Program-made: the position numbers and the translations under genes | In this document: positions 1 through 14,395 of the stretch, piece after piece | How the letters are laid out: each line of letters begins with the position of its first letter | Numbering within the stretch: position 1 is the first letter of the stretch | Notes under the pieces: generated by a model | Databases searched by the model: none | The model's input: only the letters and a program-made list of their open reading frames with translations | What the model was told of the DNA's origin: nothing | NCBI GenBank assembly: GCA_052426225.1 | Contig: JBNJNM010000011.1 | Span: forward strand, 1,364,001-1,428,000 | Source: Zancudomyces culisetae HAW-14-8 | Taxonomy: Eukaryota > Fungi > Kickxellomycota | DNA: 64,000 bases | Direction: 5' to 3'

Positions 1-1504
1 TCTTAAGAGAAGAGAAACGGTGTCTCTTGCTCCAAACTGAAAGAGCTAGCAACAATGAAACGATAATCAGGACCTGGGTACCCTTACGCTTGCGATCATC
101 CAATTCAGGCTGAGCAGCCCAGTCAAGGAACGTGACAACATCTTTAGCCATTTGAGAAGCAGTGGCTGGTGTTCCATCCTCGTAATCAACAATACCATCG
201 TAAAGGTTCTGTGCCATGGAAATAGCACCACCAGGGAAGTATGGATTGAAATGCAATCCTTCTCTCAGCTCAACACCGGCTGGGGGTTCATGGTATCCAG
301 TAATCAAGGAGTATATGTAGTTGACACCACCATGACGAGCTTTGGTTATCAAGGACAAATCGGGTGGGTATGCTCCGTTGTTTCCTGCTCTGGCAGCCTC
401 TTCATTTGGGTAAGGCTTTGGCATGGGATCCGCAAGTATCCCTGGACGATTGAAGTATTCTCCGTTGTCATCTGGTCCAGCACGGTATTCGTACTCTGCT
501 GCCATGGCCTTGACTTCGTCTTCTGTGAATGCAACATTGACCAAGTTTCTCCAGTGAACAAGATCCAAGGAGTGGCAAGCTGCACAGATTTCTCTATAGA
601 CTTGATATCCTCGACGGATACTATTTGGTTTATTGTTATTGTTAGTCTCAAGTTGAATAAGAATAGAAGAACAGAGGAAAACCAAGCTCACACATGTGCT
701 TGCTGTTAAATAAAATGTGTTGCTTATATTACCTGGCGTGATCAAATGTTCCAAAGGTGTTTAGTTGCTGAAAGGGATATGTTGGTGGATGGAGTCCATC
801 ATCTATCATGCTTGCACTCACTGGCCTACTATACATGTCGTACAACAAGTAGCCTGAACCAACTGCCAACACTGCATTCCTCGCTACCTCAAGTCTTGCT
901 TTATTGGTTGGAAGCTAAATTTAGATTATCGATTTTAAGTCTTGTGTACCAGGCCGAACCAAATCATGGTTTCGTATACCACGTTTCCCACTCTCTCATT
1001 AAATAAAGCATTTGAACTATTGAACTTTGCCATTTAGAAGTGACAAAGGGGTTCAAAAATAATGCCAAAAATAAATAAAGTCTACTTACAGTTTGTCTAG
1101 CCTTATCAGAAAATCCCTAATTAAAATTCATTTGTATTTTATATTAATATCTTCATAATCATATAGAAGAACAACTTTACTATTGTTCAATCAACAAATG
1201 GCCATTTCGACAAGAGAATTAGTAAATCTCTATCTGATTACTTTTGTATTACAAATGCAAGAACAAAAGTCCTCATCCCCACCCACTTATAGAGTATTCA
1301 CAATTTATATATTTCATCTCTAACAATATATTCGGAAAGCACTCAAAAAACAAAACAAAGAAGGAGGGATACGGGAAAGTTCAACATAATCTGGCCCTTC
1401 GATCAATTTTTCATCGTACATAGTCGTGATAATCAATAAAAGTCTGTTATTGTACTTACTCTTGCTCCTGCTTTAAAGAATCTAAAAGCTCCTCTCGAAA
1501 ACAT
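1..1504 (-). CDS. CYT1: Cytochrome c1, heme protein of complex III (3' end runs off the window)
   Basis: Hand-assembled exons: 1504-1460 ([15 protein letters not shown]), 1116-1090 (GFSDKARQT), 914-733 (..[14 protein letters not shown]), 620-1 ([56 protein letters not shown]). CxxCH heme motif present; GT-AG introns. The two 5' exons are less certain than the core. Confidence 0.95.
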
Positions 1505-2357
1505 CCTTGATTAAAATAATGTACTATTAGATCACAAATTCTATTGATTCAAGCTATATAACCCTAGAATCTCTTGAGAACTGTTATAGGTTATATTTTG
1601 ATATTCTTGAAAATATAGTAGTATTTGATATTTAAAAATCAATTTCTTTTGCGGGCTGATACAGGTTTTGGATAAAAAAAATAAGTGAAAAAATAATATG
1701 CGCAAAAAAAACAAAAACAAAAGTTTGATACTAGTTTGCTTTATCAAATAAATTTTTATAATTTTTTTTTCCTTGCCAGCTTGAATAAAATAGATAATAG
1801 TGGTTAGGGTTGAAGGATTAATTTCGAGGAAATGTCCATTATCACTATCTGCATTTCAAGTTGGCCTATAATATCGCAGATTGATATAAATTCTTATAAA
1901 TATAATAAACAAATGATATGCCTTTTCGCAGCAAGGCTTTCCAGAGAAAATGACAAGAGGTAGTAGTGAGATGACCAAAATTTATCGAGCTAAGTGCACT
2001 AAAATTCAAAATGTTAGTAAAAAAAAATTTTTTTTATTTTAGCATTTTTTGATAACAAAAAAAGACAGTATAACTTGCAAAGCAATAATGGGCAAATCAA
2101 CTAAATGCTAAAACCACCAGCTGAAAAAGATAATCTAACAGGAAAGCACAAAAACCAACACCACAAATATACTCGTCCATCACAACCGATTTATGCCTCT
2201 CTTGGAAAAACACATGATGATACAAAAAGAGGATTTAAAAGCCTGAATACAGGATCACCACCCAAACTAACACCAAAAAAGCAAACTTATTTAATTAGAC
2301 CAGTCAGCACCAATAAAAAAAAGTAAATACCTGATGGTAAAAAAACTAAAAAGGAAA

Positions 2358-2431
2358 CGCTCCCAGCTAGGCTTGAACTAGCAACCTCCTGATTAACAGT
2401 CAGACGCGCTAACCAATTGCGCCATGGAAGC
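2358..2431 (-). tRNA. tRNA-Asn (anticodon GTT), intronless
   Basis: Reverse complement GCTTCCATGGCGCAATTGGTTAGCGCGTCTGACTGTTAATCAGGAGGTTGCTAGTTCAAGCCTAGCTGGGAGCG folds as a cloverleaf, with A box TGGCGCAATTGG, B box AGTTCAAGCC and anticodon loop CTGTTAA. Confidence 0.97.
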
Positions 2432-4147
2432 GATGTTTTTCAAAAACATATTAAAAATATTTGTTGTCAACAAATACTTTTAATTTTTTTATAATATATA
2501 TGTTAAAGTGATTATGTTTTATTGATATACATTATAAACTCGAATAAAAACATGATTAGTATAAACATCTACATTTGATAATTAGTTTTAATTTATTTAA
2601 TTTCTCAAATTACTTACACTAATTAACAAAAGCTACACCTTTAAACACTATTCATAATATATCAATATAATAACTTGATAAATAAAATATATCAGTGCAC
2701 TTCAAATAAGTAAATGCCAATATAATTATGAAAAAGTATAAAGAAACAGTTTCACTCAATACAAGTAAAACTAAAATTAAAAGTTTGTTATCAAAATAGC
2801 TATTTCACTTGATGACAAGCTAATTATATGTTTTTCATCAAGGGCTCATGTATTATATCATATACATATATAGACATATACCGTTTGGTATAATATCTTT
2901 AGGCATGCAAAAATTTAAAAACAACGTAGAATAATAAGTCTAATGTCTATTATTGAATTTAACCGACTTTTTGTAAGATATCTTTTATTGAAAAAAGCTT
3001 AAAGCTTTACTATGTAAAATACGTCACTATGTTTGTATAACGTTTCTATATAACATGCAATAATAAACGCATCAAACTTATATTTTTAATTTTTGTATTA
3101 TTGGAAATATAGATAGTGAAAAACCAAAAATTCAAAATGCTAGTATAGTTAGTATGTTATTAGATGTTTAGGATATAATTAGTATTATTTTAATAAAAAA
3201 GATGTTTAGGTAATCGGATAACATGTGTCATGTTCGGAGTCAGTTAAACAATAGCTATTACTTTAAATTTGGTAACTGAAGACGAGAGAAATGATTTTTA
3301 TACATCGCTGACCGAGGTTTTTTTTCTGTTTTCACCTCAGCCCTCGAATATCTTTATTTATCATATAACCTTAGAGTGTACATGATTAAAACACCTATGT
3401 CAACTGTACTATTATCATTTCTTTTACATATCATCTCATTTATGAATAAATGTTCTTTTTGAGGTAGTTTCTTTACAACTTTAGGGTTAACCACAAAATT
3501 AAAAACAAACACTTGTTTCTTTCAAGTTTGAGAGAGAACCGAATAAACTGGTGGTATTAGAATAAGAATTTCGAGATTTGGGTTTAGTATATGTATACAA
3601 CACTTTTGATTAACTTTATTTTAGATTGTACAAATCATAGAACTATCTTCGGCGCCTACCACCGCATTTTTAGTTTATGTAGATTTTGAAATTTCAAAGC
3701 AATATAAAAAGCAATGGTAAAGATTTAGACATTAAGTTTGTATCCAAATATTACTTTGGACAAACAAATGCTATGTACGTATACACCGCAGCGATGTAAC
3801 TTCAAATAATCAACTTGATTTTCTCTCCTTATTCAATTTGATCGGAATGTTTTCACGATCTATTATAAACTCTGTCCTAAGAGTGGGCCTATACCTTGTG
3901 TTTGTCGTGAACGTTTTAAAAAACTCAATAGTTCTAAATTTGTACTTTGATTTAAACCATTTAATTGCATTATGTAAATTTTGGCTGTGGTAGCAAATAC
4001 GGTATGCAAACTTTTAGCTCTTCCAGATTTCTACAAAAAAAATAATTTTGGAACGAGGAATGCAAAGCTTTAGTGTGTCCTAAATAAGATTTACAAGCAA
4101 CCTCGTCCTCTTTGTAAAAAAACAGTTGTTAGAAATGATACTTTTGT

Positions 4148-6937
4148 TTAGCGTAAATCGACTATTGTAAAATCAGAATTCACTATTTTTACATAACCAT
4201 CATCTAGTGCATCCTAAAAAAGTATATACATAAAAACGATAAATAAAGGATGTCACAAATAAGAAATCCTAGTTAGAAAATTATATCGTAAAGGTAGATG
4301 CTTACAGAGTAAATTGAATCCTCCTCATGAGGATGAAAATTCGTGGTTATAGGACACTCTTTTATTATTCTAAGGCCAGGTGGGTCTGTTAATCGAAAGA
4401 TTCCCATACTATTTTAGATTTTTTTTTGTTTTAACCATATGATACATGATGTGAAAGAATGCGGACTTTTGGGATATGAGTTGAAGTATATAAAAATATA
4501 TATATATCTTACGATGGTTCATGTGTAGGGGAACAAACTATTGCAATAGCTTCTGGTAACATCAATTGATACGAGCAGTGTGTGTGTAGATCCAACGAGC
4601 TCATAAAGCAGCTCTGCGTAGGATGTGTCTAAAGAAAGAAATTTTAAACAAGTCATCCAGGATTAGTATATATACCACCCAAAGTGCATGGATGTATGTA
4701 CTTGACGACCATTCATACTACTTACATGAATCCATCCAAGAGCAACCCAATCATTATCAGAAAGAATAAATGCAACCTCTTCTTCATTGGTAGTTGTACA
4801 TGTGTTCGATGTAGCTTGTTGCTTTGGAATGAGTAATGCAATGACTCTCAAAACACCATCTCCCTTAAAATGGACATGTAGTTATATTGTTGTTAATATG
4901 TAATTACTTGGCCGTGTAGATATTATGGCACATACGTCTGGCTTGCTCTAACTTTGAATATCATGTGTGCTACTTACTATTTTCCCACAAAGAATCCCAC
5001 ACGTTTCAATCCCATCAATTGTATTCTTTTCTGCTATTTTTAAGAATTCTATTGAGAGATAATGTGGAAGTTCAAATCTCCTTAACGCAACTCCCTCTTT
5101 TGTCATATATATTGTGCCTGTAGAAATATCTATGTCTTGTTCTAGCTTATCTTCTACTTCCAGCTGGACAGACTGGTTTTCATCTGTTGAAATATTTATG
5201 TATTCTTTTGGTTTAGGTGGGAGTACTGGGGTGTTTTCCAGCTCGTATCTATACTTTTCGAGTATATCAATGCATTTCTATGTGGTGTGGCAAATTATCT
5301 GTAAAGGCAGGTATATATGGCTAAATTTTAAACAAGCCGTTGTTGTTTGGATATACTTTTATGAAAATAAATGAAATTATGAAAATAATGCATACATTTT
5401 GCTGGAGGTTTTCAAGGTGATGAGTACCAGCAAAGTTAGACTTTTCTACTTCATTTCCCGCAAAGCCACGTTTAATGGTAGATGTGGAGTTATCGTCTTT
5501 AGGCTTTAACTCTTCTGCCACACCAACAGACTCCAACCGATCAGATTTAATGCGGTAATCGTCATCACTATACTCGCTACCTTTCTTGTGTGCCTATAAA
5601 TGATTTTTCTGTTAGTTCTGGAACCCTTCCAAAAAAGCAGACTTTATTGAGCACATAAATTAGCGCATAAGCTACTCATTTGTCATTTATTATTTATCAT
5701 TCACACAATTGTTTCACTGTAAATTAGCCTGTGGCCGTAAATACTATTACAGTTAGCATAATATTTAACTTACTGCTGGCATCTTAAGGGTCAGCTCTTG
5801 TCTATAAAATGATGTATCAGTATCTTTTTATATGTAGACCTATTTTTCTTTGAATTTTGACCCCACATGAGTACATAGACATGATGAATAAAATAATTTT
5901 GGTACCTGCTGTAGTCCGAAAAAAATTTATTGACTGAACTCGCTTCCTTTTGTAACGACCAAGCTTTGCTGTCACTTATGGTCGAGTCTTGAATTTCCTC
6001 TTTTTGCAACATATTAGACACAGAATCTTTTTTTGAGCCTACTTTACTAGCTAGATCAGCATTGCTATAATCATGGTTAGTATCCTTTCTTTTCACTTGA
6101 TTTCGACCCTTGTCTCCAACTTTATAATGAGATATAGCCACAGATGGCTTGGGAATTGATTTTATATATTCCAAATATTCTTTGTACTGCTCCTGAAGAA
6201 TCGGCTGTAGGCTTTCCAATCTTGTCAGTGCTGTATTACATTTCTAAGGTTTTCATATAGTATTATTCCATAAGCTCTTGTTACAAAATAACCAGCTGAG
6301 AATAAGTAAAGATAGTATCTAGTATGGGTATTTTGCCGTTGATGATAGCCAACCCCTTCTTCCATTCCTCTTTTACCAAAAACTCTCTAATGGACAATAT
6401 GATAGTATTTTACAAAAGTACCAACCTGGTTGAGATCTTTCCGCTGGACTTCGTTCTTTTTTTCAAAATATTCTGGATGTTTGGGTAGTTCTTCAAGTAT
6501 GAGACTAGTTCCACAATCAAATTCGTAAAAATCAGCAAAATACCCTTAAAGTAAAGTACATAAATGGCAAATCCAAATATTGGCTAAATTTAACTTTCAG
6601 AATACCTGCTAAATCTCAAATAGTACAAGTATGCCTCCTGATAACTCTTTGCTCGATAGCTTAAGTTTGCCTACTCAAAATATATTTAACAAATATAAAA
6701 TCATTATTAAACAAGTATCAAGGGATTGATTTATATATTCTCTTGTAACCACTCTCTTTTCACACTAATACTATGACGTTTTTAGATCGGATGTAATTGT
6801 ATTACATTATCGTAAAGATTTCGAAGGCTCTTAAAGTAAATTCTTATTGGTATTTTGAAATCTACTTGAGCATTGGCGAGTCTACCCAATTCGGTAAGTG
6901 AATAGGCTCTATCCTTGGATTTCAATTCTATCAACAT
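4148..6937 (-). CDS. AMSH/STAMBP-like JAMM (MPN+) deubiquitinase with N-terminal MIT/USP8-dimer-like domain (S. pombe Sst2-like)
   Basis: Multi-exon. N-terminus [32 protein letters not shown]; C-terminal ETCGILVG..LGWIH|[50 protein letters not shown] HxHx7Sx2D motif intact. Confidence 0.92.
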
Positions 6938-8156
6938 TTTTCATGTATATTTTTCGTGGTCCTTTTGCGGTGGTAAGGGGGAATCTACACAAACCAAGAG
7001 TAGTAGTGTTTTCGAAAAAGCAATATGAAATTATATTGGCGTTTAAATAACCATCCTTGTTTACCTCTAATTTGCCTGAATTTCATGTCCATCCCCCAAA
7101 ATAAGGTTTTTACTTTATTTCATGACATTCATTTGAAATTTGAAAATTTCGATGCAATATGTTTTTCCTCCACCCAATGATCTCCAATAAACTGTTCCAA
7201 TCAATCCATTCAGCTTTCTAGGCGTTCTCAAACACCCATTTTGAGCATATAGAGCCAACTCGAATCCCCATAAACACCTCCCTCACTCATCAAGCAAAGC
7301 TTCTAGTGTAGCCAAAAAAGAGATGAAATGTCCTTAGGGGTTCAGCTCGGGAATAATATAAAGAGACTGTTTTCTAAAAGTCCAGCCCGTATCATGAAGC
7401 CATTCAGGTTTTTTAAATTTTTTTTGGAGACGGTATTCATGAGTATAACAGAAATAGACAAGATGGAGAGGGAATGAAATGAATGAATTAAATAGACGTC
7501 ATCTTTGATTAAGCGCAGATGAGCTTTTATACGCAAACAGTATATATATAGTGATTTTATGTTGCAGCTTGCTGGAGGGAAGAGGGTGAGGATGAGGGTG
7601 AGTTGGGTTTGTGTTTATGGTGTGTTATTAATAAGAAGTGTAATAATGCGTTTTTTTGTTATTGTTCTCTCCTACCGAATGCATAAACTTGTACTTTTTT
7701 ATAATGGAAACCTTTTTACGCAAAACAAAGTCTTAAATAAAGTGTATCTTCATTTGAAAATAAGGCTAAGAACAAAGTCGCTTTTGAAGCTATCCGGAAA
7801 GCATAAAAAATATGCAAAGATGTTTCATTTTGCAATCTAAATATCGCCGGCTAATCAGCCAATAAGACACACGGATTACTGCAAGATACCACTGAGCACA
7901 TAATCACATTGCTAAAAAAAATTTTATATGATCTTCATAAGATGATGCAGAAGAACCCCTGAGATGTTGTGATTTATATTCCATACCAAAACATATTGAA
8001 ACCATATTGTTTACTCAAAGAAGCCTACCAATCATACAAATATATCAAAAACAAATAACTGCGAAAAGTGTCTGAACAGTCTCAATACCAACTGCTCTCC
8101 TCAAAAAAAAACAGCGAAATCGCTAAGATTAGGAAAAACGGTACAGCAAAAATATA

Positions 8157-9285
8157 ATGGAGGAATCAATAGAAAAGAACCATTCGGTTCTGACAGAGAA
8201 AAAAGACAATAATGCACGAGCTAGAGATAGAGTTGCTGGGTTTGCTGCTGGGATAGCCTCTGGCGCAACGAAATTGTTTGTTGGGCATCCATTTGACACA
8301 GTCAAAGTACGTATGCAGGTTGAGGGTGGTTTGGGAAGATTTAAAGGACCTTGGGATTGCTTTATTTCTACATTACGACGAGAAAAGGTGTTTGGATTAT
8401 ACAAAGGTGCCACTCCTCCTCTAGTTGGATGGGCTATCATGGATGCTGTTCAGTAAGTGTGTGCTAAACATATGCATATAGATGCATATTTATATTATTA
8501 CCTATAGAAGTATCTTTGTTTGACTTTTCAAAGCACTTAATCTTATACAATATACCTGAACGTCTAGACTAGGAACTCTCTCGAATCTAAGACTGATAAT
8601 GCAAGGGAACGATAAAAACGTCAAACTTAGTAGCCTCCAACATGCAATTGCGGGAGTTGGAGCAGGCTGGGCAGTTGCACTCGTTGCTACTCCTGTCGAA
8701 CTTACAAAAATAAGGCTGCAAATACAATATGCTGCTTACGGAAGCAAGGAGGTTCAACAATACAATGGGGCTATAGACTGTATCAGAAAGATAGTCAAAC
8801 AAAACGGAATAACGGGCATGTGGTATGGATTGCCTGCAACTATCATGCAGAGATCCTTCTTTTTCTTTCTCTGGGGATCATATGATGTATATTCGCGGTG
8901 GTTAAGATCTCTCCAGCGAATTCCAGAGTTTCCGTACTACGCACGGCAGGATTCGGCCCATAATAAGAGCAGTGGCAGCAGCGTAGCTATACATGATAGG
9001 ATGTCCGAAAGAGCCATAAGCTTCATTGCTGGTGGACTAGCCGCAAACACGTTTTGGACACTAGTATACCCTGTTGATGTGGCTAAGAACAAATATATGG
9101 CAAGTTCTGAAAAAAAATACAAAAGTATTTTCGATGCAGCAAAAACAATCTTCAAAGCTGAGGGTATCCGCGGCTTCTACCGAGGGTTTGTGCCTGGGTT
9201 CATTAGATCATTTCCAACAAACGGGGCTGCAGTATTTGTCTGGGATACCACAATGAGGTTTATGGTGGGCCATGGCCATTCTTAA
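8157..9285 (+). CDS. Mitochondrial carrier family protein (YMC1/CRC1-like amino-acid or carnitine subgroup)
   Basis: Three PxDxxK-type repeats (HPFDTVKVRMQ, TPVELTKIRLQ, YPVDVAKNKYM) and GLYKGATPPLVG; one intron at about 8454-8567. Confidence 0.92.
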
Positions 9286-9567
9286 CTGCGCATAATGTCA
9301 TATTATTAATAAACGGTTCCAACTACACCATGTATCTCGTACTCTATAATTAGCCCCCGTCTCCCCTCTTTAAAAGCAGAACATGCAAAATATTTGGAGC
9401 ACCAATTTGCATTTAATATAACTTCTTGGCACAGCATGCACTTATCATCCTCGTTGTAGACATAAAGTCTTCATACGACAAAAACAATGAGCGAGACACG
9501 GTTTTAATGTTTATAAAAAGATGTTTATTCATAACACAAATACTTTAAAATATATTTTAATAAAAAT

Positions 9568-10025
9568 TTATTCGTCTACAACTTGTGTTTCGAGTCCTAT
9601 TACAATCATATACACGTGATGGTTAGCACAATACATAAATAAATATATGTTACATTGGAAAAGATGATAGAATGAAAATGTTTGTATTTACCTTTGAATG
9701 TGTCAACTGGAACGTGTGAAACAAAAGTATATAGTTTTTCCTTAGCATTGGCATCGTCGTTTCTGCGTCTTGAGAGACGAACTCTGATGCGATGATCGAC
9801 ATGCTTGACACCACGAGCCCATACAGCCTTGTTCAACTGAGAATCGATGCGTACGTCCTTGGTACCCATAGCCTTTTGAGCAAAGGCACGGATGGCCTTG
9901 ATTGCCTTTGGGGCTCTCTTCTTGAAGGAGGATCCATGCACATGTTTGTGAACGTGGACTGTGTAGTCGCGAGTTACTACTTCAGCCAAAGCTGATCTCT
10001 TTCCGGCCTTGCGTTCTTTACCCAT
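9568..10025 (-). CDS. RPL31: 60S ribosomal protein L31 (eL31)
   Basis: [59 protein letters not shown]; intron after FKG, last exon GLETQVVDE*. Confidence 0.97.
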
Positions 10026-13000
10026 TTTACTATATATACGAAATAGCTTGATTAATAATTTGTTCTTAATATACCTGCGCAAGCGATTTTCAAACAACTA
10101 AGCCACCCCTCCATGCAATATGGTCTTGCAAACAATGCGATAAAAATAAAACCCACACAAGCAAGACTTAGATTAGTTAGTCAGACCCACGAAAACATAT
10201 TTCTCATTGATAACGTCTCGTTTAAAAAAATCGAATCCGTAGTCGTTAGAAAAATAGTTAGATTTTTGAACTTATCATGCCGATTATAAAAAGGATTCAA
10301 CTCCTCAGTAGGTCAACAATCCGACTCGATCCAATAGTCCACATCAATAGTATATCCGTGCTACCCAGCACAGCATAAATAAAAAATATAACAAAATATA
10401 ATCCATACTTACTGTACACAGTTATATTAAACTATAGCTTCTCGGTCAAAAGTTAAAGAAAAATACTCTTGTTACAGAGAATGGTAGATTTTCTAGTTTT
10501 TTATTTTTAGAGCTTTATTTTTTCAATATTCTTGCTTTTTTTTTTTTGCAATTAGATTCAAAAATTACTGAAAGTCCTATAATTACAAAGCGAACTAGAC
10601 ATTATCATTGGTTACTATCTAGCCAATGGATTAATAGTCTTGTTTTGATCACAAAACCTAGGAATAAATTTTTTTTGTAGAAGCAGTAAGCTAGAATAGT
10701 CAATGAACTGCGTTTTTGTATTCCAGATCAAACCGGCAGTCTACGGCTACTGCAGTATGTTATTACTCACACGTGCTTCCAAAATAGACTTTGCAGTTGT
10801 TTATATATTCAGTATTCTTATATAGCTAGCGGTTTTAGTGTGGCTTAAAGCACAGCTTTCCGTCAACCGAGGATGGCTGCTAATATAAAATCATTAGGGG
10901 TTACTTTTCCTTCTATACAAAATACTCAAACAGCTGTTTGACTATTCTAGTCGCTTGTCAACCTCAATACCACGGTATAGCTGGCAGTATGATTGAAATA
11001 TCATTTTTTTTCAGACTCCTAATACCTAGTCGGTATTCGTGTAGTTGTGTATCTCATTCTATATATAGCCTAGAGTGCGGGAGGACTGAATTCTGAATAA
11101 TTTTTCTCAAGCAAAGCTAAAGAATTAAAAAGTCACCCAGTTAAAAAATGAATTTATATAACCCTGCGCTTAGCGTAGTTTCTCTAAAAATGACGTAAAA
11201 CTGCACAGCACCTAATAACACGTTTGAACAATTTTTTAACATTCCACCTGCTTTCCGCTTAGTATGCAATTAGGAATGTTTAACATTACAGGATTTAAAA
11301 TAACATAAAACAAAGATAATTCTCGAGAGAATGATCTGATCCCCGACATCACATGCAGTATTTTTAATGTTAATCATTAGTATTTGTGAATGCCTGTATA
11401 TTTTTTCGAGTCCAGGTACATAACCCTTTCACTAAAAGAATGAGTGTTATACAAGCGCCTATGTGTGATCATCACTGAATTTCTTTACCTTTTCATAAAC
11501 AAAAGCTTAGAAAAATGATGATGCTCCATGCCACCAACTTAGTGCATAAATGTTGCTAGCTGGGTACAGCAGAACACACGCATGAATACAAGATGCAGTT
11601 TTTTTTAAACTTTGCAAACCTAAAAAAAAATATTTTCAAAGTGTATAATCCTTACTATTTGTTTTATTCAGTTTTGGACATGTATCAGGCATAAGGGGAA
11701 AAAGTACATAATATGAGCTGTTTGAACTCATCACCTAGAAGTCACTTTTCCAATAAATATTCCACAGTTTGGGATTTTTGCTAAACTGTAATGAGGACTT
11801 CGTTCTCTACCATTTCAAAGGAAAGACTATGTAACCCTGTGAATGAAAACAGTACCTTGGACGGTGTTCAACACGTCAAATTTGGCTTTCTGTGTTCCAC
11901 AAGTTGATTTTCAGTTTTGTATACACATGCTAAACCAGAGAAACCGCGTGTACAGGGTTCTGATGTGCTTATCCTATTGTGAGCCTTTAATTATTTCAAG
12001 AAATATAAATCTATTCCCTAGCGAATTATAAGAATCATAAATGCAAGTAGATGTTGGATGTAAGGATATTCTGCGCGCGGATGCAACTAAAATAAAATCT
12101 CGCATTCTCGTTGATGCTGCCGATGTTGGGGATTTATAATGATTGGTTTACACAATGGATGTACATACAGACTTGGTATCTTTTTCCTCGCCACGAGCTA
12201 ACTCAAAATTACATGCTTTTTATTTAGCTTTACTCGATCATACCATCTCCAATTGAGGACTTGGTATAATCTACCTAAAAAAAAAAGTGTAGCAAAACTC
12301 GCTTTTTCTGCGTAAACCTCATTTCACCTTTTTTTAGAGTGATTCCATGTGATGCAAACCAGTGAAAGCTTGATTGGGATTTTCCCTTCTTTGTGACTGG
12401 ATGGTCTTTTTTATCAGTTTTCGTTTTTCATTTCACATTTGAAAGGTATGTGATAACATGCCCTACTTATAAACACTGGTCGAAGAGTTTTCTATTTTCA
12501 ACACACCAAATGGTTCTTTGTTTTCATCTCTATTTTGAAACTTCGGCGAAAATCAATCGCCAAAAAAAACCTTACCCTTTTTGTTTTCATTTTGAAATGC
12601 TAAAATGAAAAAAGGGGAGGAGGCAAGCTTCTCATGCTCTTCACAAATCCCTTTTTTGTTTATTTGTGTTGTCTTTAGTTTTTTCAATGCTGATATTAAT
12701 GTCCTTTCCACCTAATTTGAATGGGAAAATGCTTTCAAACCCAGCTAGCTAATCGCTGCTAATAAAACCAGCAACACTCACGAATTGTATCTTTGCGGTT
12801 TGTAAATAGCAGGGCAATGTGGTAAACAAAGAAATGGGGTTTCCTATTGAAAGAAATCACGGTTTGCTCTGTTCCCCATTCGCAGAAATACCAATATTTG
12901 CACGGCCGTACCACTCAACAATCCAGCAAACTCACTATTTTTATGCGTGAATAATAAAGCTTGTTTTTGTTTATTGTTACACTTCAAACGGTAATTTTTT

Positions 13001-14395
13001 TTTCAATTTTTAACATTAAAATAAATCCATTGCTCAAAACAAAAATGCGGAGTAAAATTAAAAACCATAATTGAAGGTAGAATTGATAATTTCTGGATAA
13101 TAAACAAACAAAAATTAACTCGGTTTACTGATGCGGAGATGAGGCTCGGATGCGAACAATTGGTGCTTTTTTATTCTATATTATTTTATATTATTTTATA
13201 TTATATTTTTTTTACAAAGGAAATGCGCCTTATGAGTATGGGACTTTTAACGATTGTGATTGAATATTCATCTCAATAACCTCTAAACAAATGCATGTTG
13301 ATACGCTCACCTTTTTGGCTCATACTACGTTTACCTAGCCGAAGATAGTCATGGCATGAGTACATTGCTCTTTCTATTCGATAGTTTATATCGCCTATTC
13401 AACGAGAACAACGAATATCCTTTGCATTATTACGGCTATTCTAGATCCCCCTTCTTTTGCAACAAAATAAAGAAAATTCATGGAGCTTCACAATGCGAAA
13501 AAACGAGTAGCTCCGTGTCAAGTGAACCAAATTAATAAAAATCTTGATTTGTGAAGCGAATATATGCAGCTTTTATGCTACTTATCACACATATTGAGCT
13601 TTATTATACTCGGTCAGGAAAAAAAGCGGAAGCGTTTTTAGGAAGCAGAAATACTCCAATTTTAAATTGTTGCAGCACTACGCATTTTTAATGTTGCTAT
13701 TTTGTTTATTAATTCCCGTAGATGCTATAAATCATTTATTTTTAGAAAAAAAAGAAAAATCCACTTTTCCTACAAAAAGATAATTTTATTTCCTAATAAA
13801 AAAGCGTTTTTTTTTTGCTTATATTAGGGTTAATAAAGGGTAAATATATCCAGTGCCGGGACTAATAAATTACTGAAAGCACTTCAACTTGAACAAAACT
13901 AACGAGGACAAACAGCAACACTATCGACAATACTAATAGTCGAGCCTTTTTAAAAAAGAAAAGTAAGTTATACATAGTATTGTAAAAAAAATACAAAGAT
14001 GCGGTAGAGTGTGCGAGTTTATCTGAAACCTTGTGTTTGGCGGGATAGTTGAGAGTCAGTCCACCATACCGCAAAGTTCTATGCGAGATATGTGAACAAT
14101 TTTCAGGAGCGCCAAAACGCTCTTCTCCCTGCTCTATACACTTGCCTTCGTACCAAACCTGTGCCTGGTGTTTGAAACTAGGGGCAGTTACAACGCTATA
14201 TATATAGTTTTACGAACTTTTCCGCAGAAATAGGAAAAAATACACCATATATATAGACAGCTAGCTTAGTTTTCTAGACTGAAATCTAAATCTGCTGCGC
14301 GATCTGTGTATTTTTTGCGTGTGTACACGGAGGCTGAACTAACAATATCGATATAAATGTATTTTTAGAACTTTCAGTGTCAAGAATAAGCGAAA

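Noticed and set aside
152-1006. ORF-track entries 152..709(+), 349..651(-) and 746..1006(+)
   Set aside because: Antisense or off-frame shadows of the cytochrome c1 exons.
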